Shown here in pieces: positions 52,975 through 64,000 of a stretch of DNA of 64,000 bases. How positions within the stretch are numbered: the first letter of the stretch is position 1; each line of letters opens with the position of its first letter. The DNA is from Malacoraja senta (Eukaryota): NCBI GenBank assembly GCA_038087875.1, contig CM075997.1, forward strand, positions 4,404,001-4,468,000. The letters run 5' to 3'. A model generated the notes under the pieces. It saw only the letters and a list, made by a program, of their open reading frames with translations, ran no database searches and was not told where the DNA came from. The position numbers and the translations under genes are program-made.

Positions 52975-53263
52975 ATCATCATCATCATCGTTGAAAACAT
53001 CAACGATGATGGTGCCTCACAATGCCGTGTACGACAGTGATCGCAACTTCTACTGAAGTGTGGATGGCCGTTGGCTCGCTAGGAGCTCATCCGCCCTTTG
53101 ACAGGTCTTGTTTCTGGTCCTGCTGGGGGTCCACAGCCCCCTCCTCACCTGGCAAACCAGGTGGGGGAGACGGTTTAGTCGCCGACTATCCGACCATGGA
53201 GCAGGTAGCACGGGATTACATGGTACCCGTGGCGGGGGGAACTCTCCCCGACCTGACCATCTG
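52975..53263 (-). mobile_element. Short non-autonomous retroelement with a (GAT)n tail, probably RTE-related
   Basis: Interrupts a LINE 3' tail (gtgacaat|...|actaaactc). (GAT)n tail, GC-rich structured head, and a ggcggatga motif shared with the 25406 element. No clear TSD. Confidence 0.5.
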
Positions 53264-53299
53264 ACTAAACTCAATCTTATATTATGCTGCTGCGAGTAA

Positions 53300-53780
53300 A
53301 GGGCCTGTCCCACCAGCATGTGATTGCATGCGTCTAGCGCGACCAAACGTGGTGGCTTGAGGCGTACGGCCTCGCGGGGCCGGTCCCACTTCCAACCGCG
53401 GAGGCGTATGGAGTTGTGCGCGGCTGGTCCCGACATCATACTCACCAATCAGCTGGGCAGGAGGCGGGCCGACTGAATTTGGACGTCGCAAGGCGTCGGG
53501 CGGTGACGTCATCACGCAACGGCACGCTGAGACGATGCGTACGCCCATCGAGGCGCTGCGTACAGCCTCAATGCGGCTGCGGGCCGACAGGCCGCTGTCA
53601 CGCGGGATTTTCGGACAGTGCAAGATTTTCGGAGCCCCGCGCGATGTCGGGACCAGCCCCGCACAACTCCATACGCCTCCGGCGATCGAAGTGGGACCGG
53701 CCCCGCGAGCCCGTACACCTCAAGCGACCATGTTAGGTCGCGCTAGATGCATGCAATCGCATGCTGGTGGGACAGGCCCT
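53300..53780. mobile_element. PIF/Harbinger-type MITE, near-complete palindrome
   Basis: TAA|AGGGCCTGTCCCACCAGCATG...CATGCTGGTGGGACAGGCCCT|TAA with ~135-bp inverted arms. Confidence 0.88.
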
Positions 53781-54320
53781 TAAGAATTGCATTGTTCCAT
53801 ATGACAATTATGATGGCACACTTATCTTGAATGATTGCAGCACCTTATCATCATTTAGCATTTCCAGGTCCAATTGCTGCTGTAAAAAGAAGAACTCTTG
53901 CCAATTTACTGATGGAAGCGGCTGGTAGTGTGTAGACCCCTGAAGATCTCCAAAGTATTGAATTCAACCCTCCTAGCCCATCTGGCTCTTCCAAATGTAA
54001 AGGATACTCACTTAGTCCTGATGTGTCTCTTGGAATTCATCAATTGTCATGGAAACTCAATCTTCTTCACTGGGTCCTCTGAGATATTTGACATTAAGCC
54101 TGAAATATTTTGAGCAGATAGATATTTATCATGCTCTTGGCCACGTTCTGGCAATACCTTAGCAGAGAGAATGGTCGTGAATCAGGCCATGAGGTTTCTT
54201 CAGCTTAAAGTACAGATTAGTTTGTGCAAATGACAATGCAAGGCCTTGCCCAGTTACTGGTTCGGAAAGGAACCACTGGTTCTGATCAACTTGGCAATCT
54301 GCGGTTCCCAAGTGTGTAAA

Positions 54321-54840
54321 AGGGCCTGTCCCACTTGGGCGACCTAAGCCGCAAGTTCTGGCGAGTTTGCCCTCGACTCATACTCGCAGCATGGTCGACA
54401 CGAGGTCGTAGGAGGTCTTTGTAAATCTCCTTCATGCTCGAGAGTAGTGCCCGCGTACTCGAGGCCTTATGTAGCTCACGGCGTATTTCTCAACATGTTG
54501 AAAAATGCCCGCAAGTAAAAAAAGGTCGCCATGGAAAAAATCGATACTTTTTTTACTCGTAGGTTTAGTCGTAGTAGGTCGGCATGTTAGTCGTAGGTAA
54601 TCGAGGGTAGTCGAAGGTAGTCGTAGGTAGTCGTAGATAGTCTTCATCATAGTCGAAGGGAGGTCGAAGGAGATCGAAGGAGGTCGTCTTCACTCTCCAC
54701 TATTCGGTGTCCAATTTTCCCGTAGCTAGTCGAAGCTAGTCTTCAACATAGTCGAAGGAGGTCTTCAACATGACATTTTTTCAAACTCTCCTAAACTCTT
54801 CTAAACTCGCCAATTAGGTCGCCGCAGTGGGACAGCCCCT
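54321..54840. mobile_element. PIF/Harbinger-type MITE
   Basis: AGGGCCTGTCCCACTTGGGCGACCTAA...TTAGGTCGCCGCAGTGGGACAGCCCCT with internal gtagtcg(t/a)ag repeats. Confidence 0.8.
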
Positions 54841-55595
54841 TTAGAAGGAACCGCAGATGCTGGTTTAAACTGTAGATAGACACAAGCCCCAGTCTGAAGA
54901 AGGGTCTTGACCTGAACCATCACCTATTCCGTTTCTCCAGAGATGCTGCCTGACCCGCTGAGCTACTCCAGCTTTGTGTGTTTATCGGTCTGATTTTCCA
55001 TATGTTCAGACATGCGACGTGCAATCTTTCTGTGGAAGGATTCCGTAGAAACTTTAGCACAGCGATCTTAACACATTTGCCTCTCATCAGCCTGCGTGTT
55101 GCAGGAGCTATGTATCAGACCTCATCTGCTTCCCTTGTGCTCATCATTGAAAGAGACGTCCTTAAGAACTTCCTTAGGTGGAGTTGCTGTCTCACAGCAC
55201 CAGAGACCCGGTTCGATCCTGACTGCAGGTGCTGTCTGTACGGAGTTTGTACCTTCTCCCCGTGGTTTTTCCATGGGTGCTCCGGTTTCCTCCCACATTC
55301 CAAAGACGTCCAGGTTTGTAGGTTAATTTGGCTTTGGTTAAAAATAGTAATTTATCCCTAGTGTGTAGGATAGTACTAGGTGTACGGGGAACACTGGTTG
55401 GCACGGAATTGGTGGGCCTGTTTCTGCGCTGTATCTCTAAACTAAATTAAACTAAAGTTGGGCCTGACACCTTTCTCAGCAAATACATCCTTTATATGTG
55501 GGAACTTTCAGTCTGGTTAGCACGCAACAAAAAACCTTTTCACTGTACCTCGGTACACGTGACAATAAACTAAACTAAACTTGTAGCCAACAGCG

Positions 55596-56528
55596 AAGGT
55601 AGACACAAAAAGCTGGAGTAACTCATCGGGACAGGCAGCATCTCTGGAGAGAAGGAATGGGTGACGATTCGGGCCGAGACCCTTCTTCAGATGGTGAAGA
55701 TATAGAGAGATATAGACGGTGATGTGGAGAGATAAAGAACAATGAATGAAAGATATGCAAAAAAGTAACGATGATAAAGGAAACAGGCCATTGTTAGCTG
55801 TTTGCTGGGTGATAATGAGAAGCTGGTGGGACTTGGGTGGGGGAGAGATGGAGAGAGAGGGAATGCCGGGGCTACCTGAAGTGAGAGAAATCAATATTCA
55901 TACCACTGGGCAGGAAGCTGCCCAAGCAAAATATGAGCTGCTGTTCCTCCAATTTCATTTAGCCTCACTCTGACAATGGAGGAGACCAGGACAGAAAGGT
56001 CTGTGTAGGAATGGGAAGGAGAATTAAAGTGTTTGGCAACCGGGAGATCAGGTTGGTTCAGGCGGGCTGAACGAAGGTGTTCCATGAAACGATCGCCCAG
56101 TCTGCGTCTGGTCTCGCCGATGTATAAGAGTCCACATCTTGAACAACAGATACAGTAGATGAGGTTGGAGGAGGTGCAAGTGAACCTCTGCCTCACCTGA
56201 AAGGACTGTTGGGGTCCCTGGACAGAGTCGAGGGAGGAGGTATAGCGACAGGTGTTGCATCTCCTGCGGTTGCAGGGGACGGTACCTGGGGAGGGGTTGG
56301 TTTGGGCGGGAAGGGATGAGTTAACTAGGGAGTTGCGGAGGGAACTGTCTCTGCGGAAGGCGGAAAGAGGTGTAGATGGGAAAATGTGGCTAGTGGTGGG
56401 ATCCCGTTGGAGGTGGCAAAAATGTTGGAGGATTATGTGTTGAATGCAACGGCTGATGGGGTGGAAGGTAAGGACTAGGGGGACTCTGTCTCTGTTGCGA
56501 TTAGGGGGAGGGGGAGCAAGGGCGGAAC

Positions 56529-56530
<2 letters not shown>
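55596..56530 (-). mobile_element. Penelope-like element 3' part: GIY-YIG endonuclease and terminal repeat with hammerhead motif
   Basis: CNRRRCNTC...[29 protein letters not shown]...VAKHFN, followed by the terminal repeat carrying ctgaagaagggtctcggcccgaa. Truncated at a (CA)n array. Confidence 0.9.
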
Positions 56531-56599
<69 letters not shown>

Positions 56600-56663
56600 C
56601 TACACATACACACATACACACAGGCACACATATCTACACATACACACATACACACAGGCACGC

Positions 56664-56742
<79 letters not shown>

Positions 56743-56877
56743 TATCTACACATACACACATACACACAGGCACGCACACACATATACACACACAAATCTG
56801 TATACAAATAATACACACACATATATGTATATATTCATATATATATATATATATACATATATATACACACACATATA

Positions 56878-56925
<48 letters not shown>
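56531..56925. repeat. Compound (CA)n/(TA)n microsatellite
   Basis: Direct reading of the sequence. Confidence 0.97.
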
Positions 56926-57289
56926 TGTATGTATACGATGCTACCCAACATTAACTCTACACAACACTAACCTCAACCAGGAACTACCGGTCTTTGGTTA
57001 CACACAGACACAGACACAGATACACACTTCAGGTTTTATTTTCGCTCTAGTATTCGGGTTATTCATAAATTATCTTTTGGGTCAGGACCCCACTTCAGAC
57101 TGGAGAAGAGTCCCTACCTGAAGCATCACCTATCTGTGTTCCCCAGAGATGCCGTCTGAACCTCTGAGTACTCCAGCACCTTGTGTCGTACTGCAGTGCC
57201 TTGTTTCTGAAGAAGATATGGATATTGGTTCTGTCTCATTTTATTTCAATTTAGATGTTTGGTCCAAATCTCAATGCCTAATATATCTA

Positions 57290-57400
57290 TGCTCTCTTGC
57301 CTCTATCCCCTACTCCCAATTCCTCCGTCTACGCCGCATCTGCACCCAAGATGAGGTGTTCCATACTACAACATCCGAGATGTCCTCATTCTTAGGGAAT
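57290..57400 (+). mobile_element. Penelope RT C-terminal fragment
   Basis: Encodes SIPYSQFLRLRRICTQDEVF. Confidence 0.7.
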
Positions 57401-57420
57401 GAGGTTCTCACACGTGCAAA

Positions 57421-57559
<139 letters not shown>

Positions 57560-59389
57560 TATCTACATGTAAATATATAAATACATACTAAACTTTTTTT
57601 CCTCCTTTCCTTCCTAAAGGAACGTCTTTTTATTCTGAGGACATGACTTCTTGTCCTAGACCTCTCCCACTAGTGGAACCATCCGCTCCAGATTCACTCT
57701 ATTCACAGGTCTTTCGCTATTCGATAAGTTTCAATGAGGTCCCCCCTCATCGATACAACCACGCTCACATGCTTAAACTGCGCAAATAAAGTGATGGAAC
57801 GAGAAGCCACATAACCTTTGAGGGTTTCGTTTTAGAGATAGACCATGGAAACAGTCCCTTCAGCCCACTGAGTCCATATTGTCCATCGATCAACCTTTAG
57901 TTCTGCATTGTCCCAATTTCATATCTGCACTTAAAACATCTGGGACTTGAAAATGGCATCAAAAACTGGCGACTGTGTATACTGACTCAGTGTACTGCTA
58001 CTGTACACTTGTACCTGATCTGAGATGCTTATCTAAGATGTACCTGAGTGCTTATGTATAGTGTAGGAAGGACCTGCAGGTGCTGGTTTAAACTGAAGAT
58101 AGACACAAAATGCTGGAGTAACTCAGTGGGACAGGCAGCGTCTCTGGAGAGAAGGAACGGGTGACGTTTTGGGTCGAGACCCTTCTTCAGAATTCGACAC
58201 TTCCACACTTGTGTACTGTGATACTTGTACTGAGCTGTGTACAAAAATGAATTTCACTGCACCTTGGTACATGCAACAATAAAATACCATTGACCCATAC
58301 ACACGCCCTACACATTTTGGACCAATTTACAGAGGCTAATGAAACTACAAACCCGCGTGTCTTTGGGATGAGGGGGGAAAGAGGAGAACCTGGAGGAAAC
58401 TCACGCGATTAAGGGGATAACGTGCAAACTCCACAGAGAGAGCACCAGAGTTCAGGATCGAACCTGGGTCTGTGGCGCTGTGAGGCAGCAACTCTACCGC
58501 TGCACCACCCGAATGTATTGAAAAGTTTCAACCTTTACAGACAAATTAATCTGTAGCTTCTCCTGCAGAAGTTCTCTCCTAACCTAGTATTTCTAACATT
58601 CTTGATGGACATTGGGAGACACGGTTAGATATTGTGCGATTCAGTAATGAGTTCCTGGTATTCCTGGGGTTATTTGTCTGACTGTCGGCAGCCCATGGAG
58701 TGACATATGATCAGTGCCTGCCAGAACTGAGATGAGGATCAAATTTCCCTCTGGAATTAAAGTGATTTTGTGTGTCAGTGTTCAGATTGGCACCTCAGTG
58801 TTGGTGGGTTGGCGAGTTTTAGTTAAATGACCACTTGGTATTTGTGCGGGAAGGAACTGCAGATGCTGGTTTAAACCGAAGATAGACAGAAATGCTGGAG
58901 TAACTCAGTGGGACAGGCAGCATCTCTGGAGAGAGGAATGGGTGATGTTTTGGGTCGAGACCCTTCTTCAGACTGAGTGTAGGTATTGGTTTAGTTTCGT
59001 TTAGAGACACAGCATGGAAACAGGGCCTTAGGAATTCTCTGCCTCAGAGGGCGGTGGAGGCCGGTTCTCTGGATACTTTCAAGGGAGAGCTAGTTAGGGC
59101 TCTTAAAGATAGCGGAGTCAGGGGATATGGGGAGAAGGCAGGAACGGGGTACTGATTGGGGATGATCAGCCATGATCACATTGAATGGCGGTGCTGGCTG
59201 GAAGGGCCAAATGGCCTACTCCTGCACCTATTATCTATTGTCTATTGCCCTCCAAGCCCACGCCAACCATCGATGACCCGTTTACACTAGTTCCACGTTA
59301 TCCCACACTCTCTTTCACTCCCTACATAGCAGGGGACAATTTGCAAATACCATTAACCCACAAACCCGCACGTCCTTGGGACGGACGGA

Positions 59390-59410
59390 CACGCACACAC
59401 ACACGCACAC

Positions 59411-59505
<95 letters not shown>
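59390..59505. repeat. (CA)n microsatellite
   Basis: Direct reading of the sequence. Confidence 0.97.
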
Positions 59506-59508
<3 letters not shown>

Positions 59509-62500
59509 GTGAGTCTGTGGAATTCTCTGCCTCAGAGGGCGGTGGAGGCAGGTTCTCTGGATGCTTTCAAGAGAGAGCTAGATAGGGCTCTTAAAGATAG
59601 CGGAGTCAGGGGATATGGGGAGAAGGCAGGAACGGGGTACTGATTGGGGATGATCAGCCATGATCACATTGAACGGCGGTGCTCGCTCGAAGGGCTGAAT
59701 GGCCTACTCCTGCACCTATTGTCTATGTCTATTGTCTACCTACTGCGGGACAGCAGAAAACCTTGTTTGTGTCTGTCCAGTCAGATCAGCACAGTGGCAC
59801 TGAAGGTACAGTCGCTGCCTCCCAGCGCCAGAGACCCGGGTTCGATCCTGACTACGGGTGCTGTCTGTACGGAGTTTGTACGTTCTCCCCGTGACCAAGT
59901 CTACAAGGCTGTGCAGGTGGTCTACAGAGAAAGGCCTAGTCTACCTTTCTCCAGGAAACGACGCAAGATGCTGGAGTAACTCAGCGGGTCAGGCAGCATC
60001 CCCGGAGAACATGGACAGGTGATGTTTCGGATCGGGACCCTTGTTCAGCCGGAAACGATCCCCTGTCCATCTTCTCCAGGGATGTTGCCTGACCCGCTGA
60101 GTTACTCCAGCATTTTGTGTTTTTCCTTGGTAAACCAGCAACTGCAGTTCCTTGTTTCTCCCTTCCTCCAGCTTTACATTCTCTGTCGGCCCACTGCAGT
60201 GGGAACCTCATTGAAACTCACCGAATAGTGAAAGGCCTGGATAGAGTGGATGTGGAGAGGATGCTTGCACTAGTGGAAGAGTCGCGGGCCAGAGGGCTCA
60301 GCCTCAGACTAAAAGGATGGACCTTTAGAAAGGAGACAAGGAAGAATTTCTTTAGTCAGAGGGTGGTGAATCTGTTGAATTCATTGCCACAGATGGCTGT
60401 GGAGGCCAAGTCAGTGGGTATTTATAACGTGGAGATTGACAGATTCTTGATTATAGTCATAGAGTCTTAGAGCATAGAAACAGGGCCTTAGGCCCAACTT
60501 GACCATATTGGCCAACATGCCCCATCTACACTAGTCCCACTTACCTGCTTTTGGCCCATATCCTTCTAAATGGGGGATATGGGGAAAAAAGCAGGAACAG
60601 GGTACTGATTTTGGATGATCAGCCATGATTTGTTTGATTGGCGGTGCTGGCTCGAAGGGCCGAATGGCCTACCCCTGCACCTATTTTCCATGTTTACTTG
60701 TTTCACTAGACAATAGACAATAGGTGCAGGAGTAGGCCATGCAGCCCTTCGAGCCAGCACTGCCATTCAATGTGATCATGGCTGATCATCCCCAATCAGT
60801 ACCCCGTTCCTGCCTTTTCCCCATATCCCCTGACTCCGCTATTTTTAAGAGCCCTATCTAGCTCTCTCTTGAAAGCATCCAGAGAACCTGCCTCCACCTG
60901 AGGCAGAGAATTCCACAGACTCACCACTCTCTGTGAGAAAAAGTGTTTCCTTGTCTCCGTTCTAAATGGCTTACTCCTTATTCTTAAACTGTGGCCCCTG
61001 GTTCTGGACTCCCCCAACATCGGGAACATGTTTCCTGCCCCTAGTTTGTCCAAACCTGTAACAATTTTATATGTTTCAATGAGATTGCCTCTCATCCTTC
61101 TAAACTCCAGAGTGTACAAGCCCAGCCGCTCCATTCTCTCAGCATATGACAGTCCCGCCATCCCGGGAATTAACCTTGTAAACCTACGCTTCACTCCCTC
61201 AATAGCGAAACTTGTCCTGTCTAAATGATTTGTACGGGTGTCGAGGGTTGTGTGGGGAGAAGGCAGGAGAATGGGGTCGAGAGGGAGAGATAGATCAGCC
61301 ATGATTGAATGGCAGGGGGAAGCTCGATGGGCTGAATGGCCTAATTCTGCTCCTATGACTTATGAGCGTATGAAGGTATGATCTTGCGGGAGGCGCGGAT
61401 GCGGCTGTACCTTTGATTGTTTGCATCTAAAGTGTTGTGGTGCAGATAAAGCTGGCGATGGAGAAAGGGCTGATGGGAGAATCCTCATGTGGGTACCAGT
61501 GACAGGATGAATCCTGTCTCATCGATCGCTTGACCCCTTGTCACCATCCACGACCGTCTCCTAATAAAGCTCCTAATTAGACCGTAATCGTGTATTGTCA
61601 GGTTATGGACCAGCCTGAGTTTTTACATGACCGTTATAGGCTCTCTCCCCTCCAGCTCTTCCTCCATGCTAGATGAGTTATTTAGCACAAATGGTGCTTT
61701 GAATGTCAGAGCAGGCAGTGGTTTGAAGGGAGCCTCGGGCTAACTCCTGGAATGAATCTGTGATCATCTCAAAGTGATGACTCACTCCGCTCATTAAGTG
61801 CGATCATCTGGGTTACGACCTCGTTTATATTAAAGAATTCTCCTTAACTTTCCAGCTCCTTAACATGACATTATCCCTCTGTAATTAGATGTTCAATCAC
61901 GGATGGTAACAAGCGGTAGAATAAATACACCTCCATGGTACACATCGGTCGTCCAGCGGGAGAGTTGCTGCCTCACAGCGCCAGAGACCCGGGTTCGATC
62001 GCGACTACGGGTGCCGTCTGTACGGAGTTTGTACGTTCTCCCCGTGACCTGCGTGGGTTTTCTCCGAGATCTTCGGTTTCCTCCCACACTCCAAACACGT
62101 ACAGGTTTGTTAATTGGCTTGGTGTGATTGTAAAATTGTCCCGAGTGTGTGTCGGATAGTGTTAGTGTGCGGGGATCGCTGGTCGGCATGGACTCGATGG
62201 GCCAAAGGGCCTGCTTCCGTGCTGTATCTCTAAACGAAACTACACTAAACGAACCTAAATGGAGTTAAGTGCTGTCTTGCAAATAGATCTTTCATTTTAT
62301 GTGAAATCTCAAAGCATTTCAGAAGGTCATAAGTGATAGGAGCAGAATTAGGCCAATCGGCCCATCAAGTCTACTCCACCATTCAAACATGGCTGATCTA
62401 TCTCTCCCTCCTAACCCCATTCTCCTGCCTTCTCCCCATAACCTCTGACACCCGTACTAATCAAGAATCTATCTATCTCTACCTTAAAAATATCCACTGA

Positions 62501-63392
62501 CTTGGCCTCCACAGCCTTCTGTGGCAAAGAATTCCACAGATTCACCACCCGCTGACTACAGAAAGATATTACTTCACTAATCCTTACTCCAGTAAAGCAG
62601 CTTGTCTTTCTTTAGTTGCTGGTAATGTGGCAGCACTGTGGCCAGATTGAGAGGAATCTAGTGTAGTTTGGGATCATGCCGAAAATAGTTGGTGCCCGGT
62701 AAAATATGTTAGGTTTTCTGGCGTCAGTTTTCCCTTTCATTGATTATCGCCACAGAGCGACATTTTCAGCAACTCATCGATTCTAAATTTTCAATAAGAT
62801 TCAAGATTCAAGAGAGTTTATTGTCATGTGTCCCAGATAGGACAATTAAATTCTTGCTTTGCTTCAGCACAACAGAATATAGTAGACATGACTACAGAAC
62901 AGATCAGTGTGTCCATATACCATTAAATATATATACACACACACATAAATAAACAGATAAAGTGCAATAGGCTATTAAAGTTCAGATTTTTGTTTGAGTT
63001 GAGTATAATAGTCTGATGGCTGTGGGGAAGACGCTGTTCCTCAACCTGGATGTTGCAGATTTCAGGCTCCTGTACCTTCTACCTGAATGTAGCGGAGAGA
63101 TGAGTGTGTTGCCAGGATGGTGTGGGTCCTTGATGATGCTGCCAGCCTTTTTGAGGCAGTGCCTGCGATAGATCCCCTCGATGGTAGGGAGGTCAGAGCC
63201 GATGATGGACTGGGCAGTGGTTACAACTTTTTGCAGTCTTTTCCGCTCCTGGGCGCACAAGTTGCCGAACCAAGCCACGATGCAACCGGTCAGCATGCTC
63301 ATAGATTCCCTAAAGATTCTGTAATGGCAATTTCAAACTTTTCCAATGTCCAACTTTCCGTTGCCATTACTACACAGGCGGGCAGGAGTTAC

Positions 63393-63614
63393 CTTACGCA
63401 GACGATAAAAAACGGATCGTCCAGTCGTTATTTCCAGTTTATATGCTTCTTTATTGAAGCAGTTGTACCAACAAAGAGATGATTCATGCCAAATATTCCT
63501 TATTCTCATACAAGCTGTAACTTTCCGTTCTCTCTCATCTTGTAAGAACTGTGTACTCTCTCCCTTGCCTGGTCTGATCTGGTCACTCCACGCGACGACG
63601 CTATATGTAACGTC
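63393..63614 (-). CDS. Candidate 222-bp phase-0 exon of an unidentified gene
   Basis: Apparently non-repetitive sequence with 74 open codons (DVTYSVVAWSDQIRPGKGE...GRSVFYRLRK) between tag| and aag|gtaact. Weak polypyrimidine tract and no recognised homology. Confidence 0.2.
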
Positions 63615-63699
63615 CTACCAAGCTTCAAGAGTGTTCAAAATAATTCTGCAGGAAATATCTAGACAAAATAATAATATATGCCAACAGTAGCTAGCCCAA

Positions 63700-64000
63700 A
63701 CCTAAATGGCTCCAACAGCCAATCTTCCCTGTCCCGCCTGCAATTGGTTCAAAACGCCGCAGCGAGACTTCTGACCGGTACCCGTAAAAGGGACCACATC
63801 ACCCCAATCCTGGCCTCTCTCCACTGGCTCCCAGTACGGTACAGAATCAACTTCAAGCTTCTCTTATTGGTTTACAAAGCCCTTGACGGGCTTCTCCCCC
63901 CACCCCCCCATATAAAAAATCTTCTAACCCACCATTCTACCTCCAGGTCCCTCAGGTCGGCCGACTTTGGGCTACTGACTATCCCGCGGTCTAGGTTTAA
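63700..64000 (+). mobile_element. L2-clade LINE RT C-terminal fragment running off the window end
   Basis: RLQLVQNAAARLLTGTRKRDHITPILASLHWLPVRYRINFKLLLLVYKAL. Confidence 0.85.

Noticed and set aside
54560..54770. Short tandem gtagtcg(t/a)ag repeats read as a CRISPR-like array
   Set aside because: No unique spacers, eukaryotic context, and the repeats are internal to a MITE.

Overview
Repeat-saturated vertebrate genomic DNA with one 200-N assembly gap (18913-19112). The repeat complement (tRNA-headed V-SINE/HE1-type SINEs, CR1, Rex1/Babar, L2, Penelope, DIRS) suggests a cartilaginous fish; this is inference. Almost all ORFs in the supplied track are repeat noise. The only host gene recognised is the 3' part of catsperg on the + strand: exon 21057-21156 (RGIDTSTYCDYRLEFIIHLHGLPLNPHRGLLFML) splices in frame to 24242-24368, which completes a transmembrane helix. 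Larger elements are a 5'-truncated L1-clade LINE (3958-6990), a near-intact IR/DR Tc1 transposon (34472-36085), a decayed DIRS tyrosine-recombinase retrotransposon (~39196-43510), an internally deleted Gypsy element (26144-26515) and nine PIF/Harbinger-type MITEs. The most interesting signal is a set of short non-autonomous retroelements carrying self-cleaving-ribozyme folds: (1) a 142-bp TSD-flanked element (27756-27897, - strand) that starts exactly at G1 of a minimal CPEB3-like HDV ribozyme; (2) a bipartite RTE-derived element with a less canonical HDV-like head, inserted into a hammerhead core; (3) many Penelope-associated minimal hammerhead motifs. Folds and protein matches were read by eye and from memory; no computation or database search was run.
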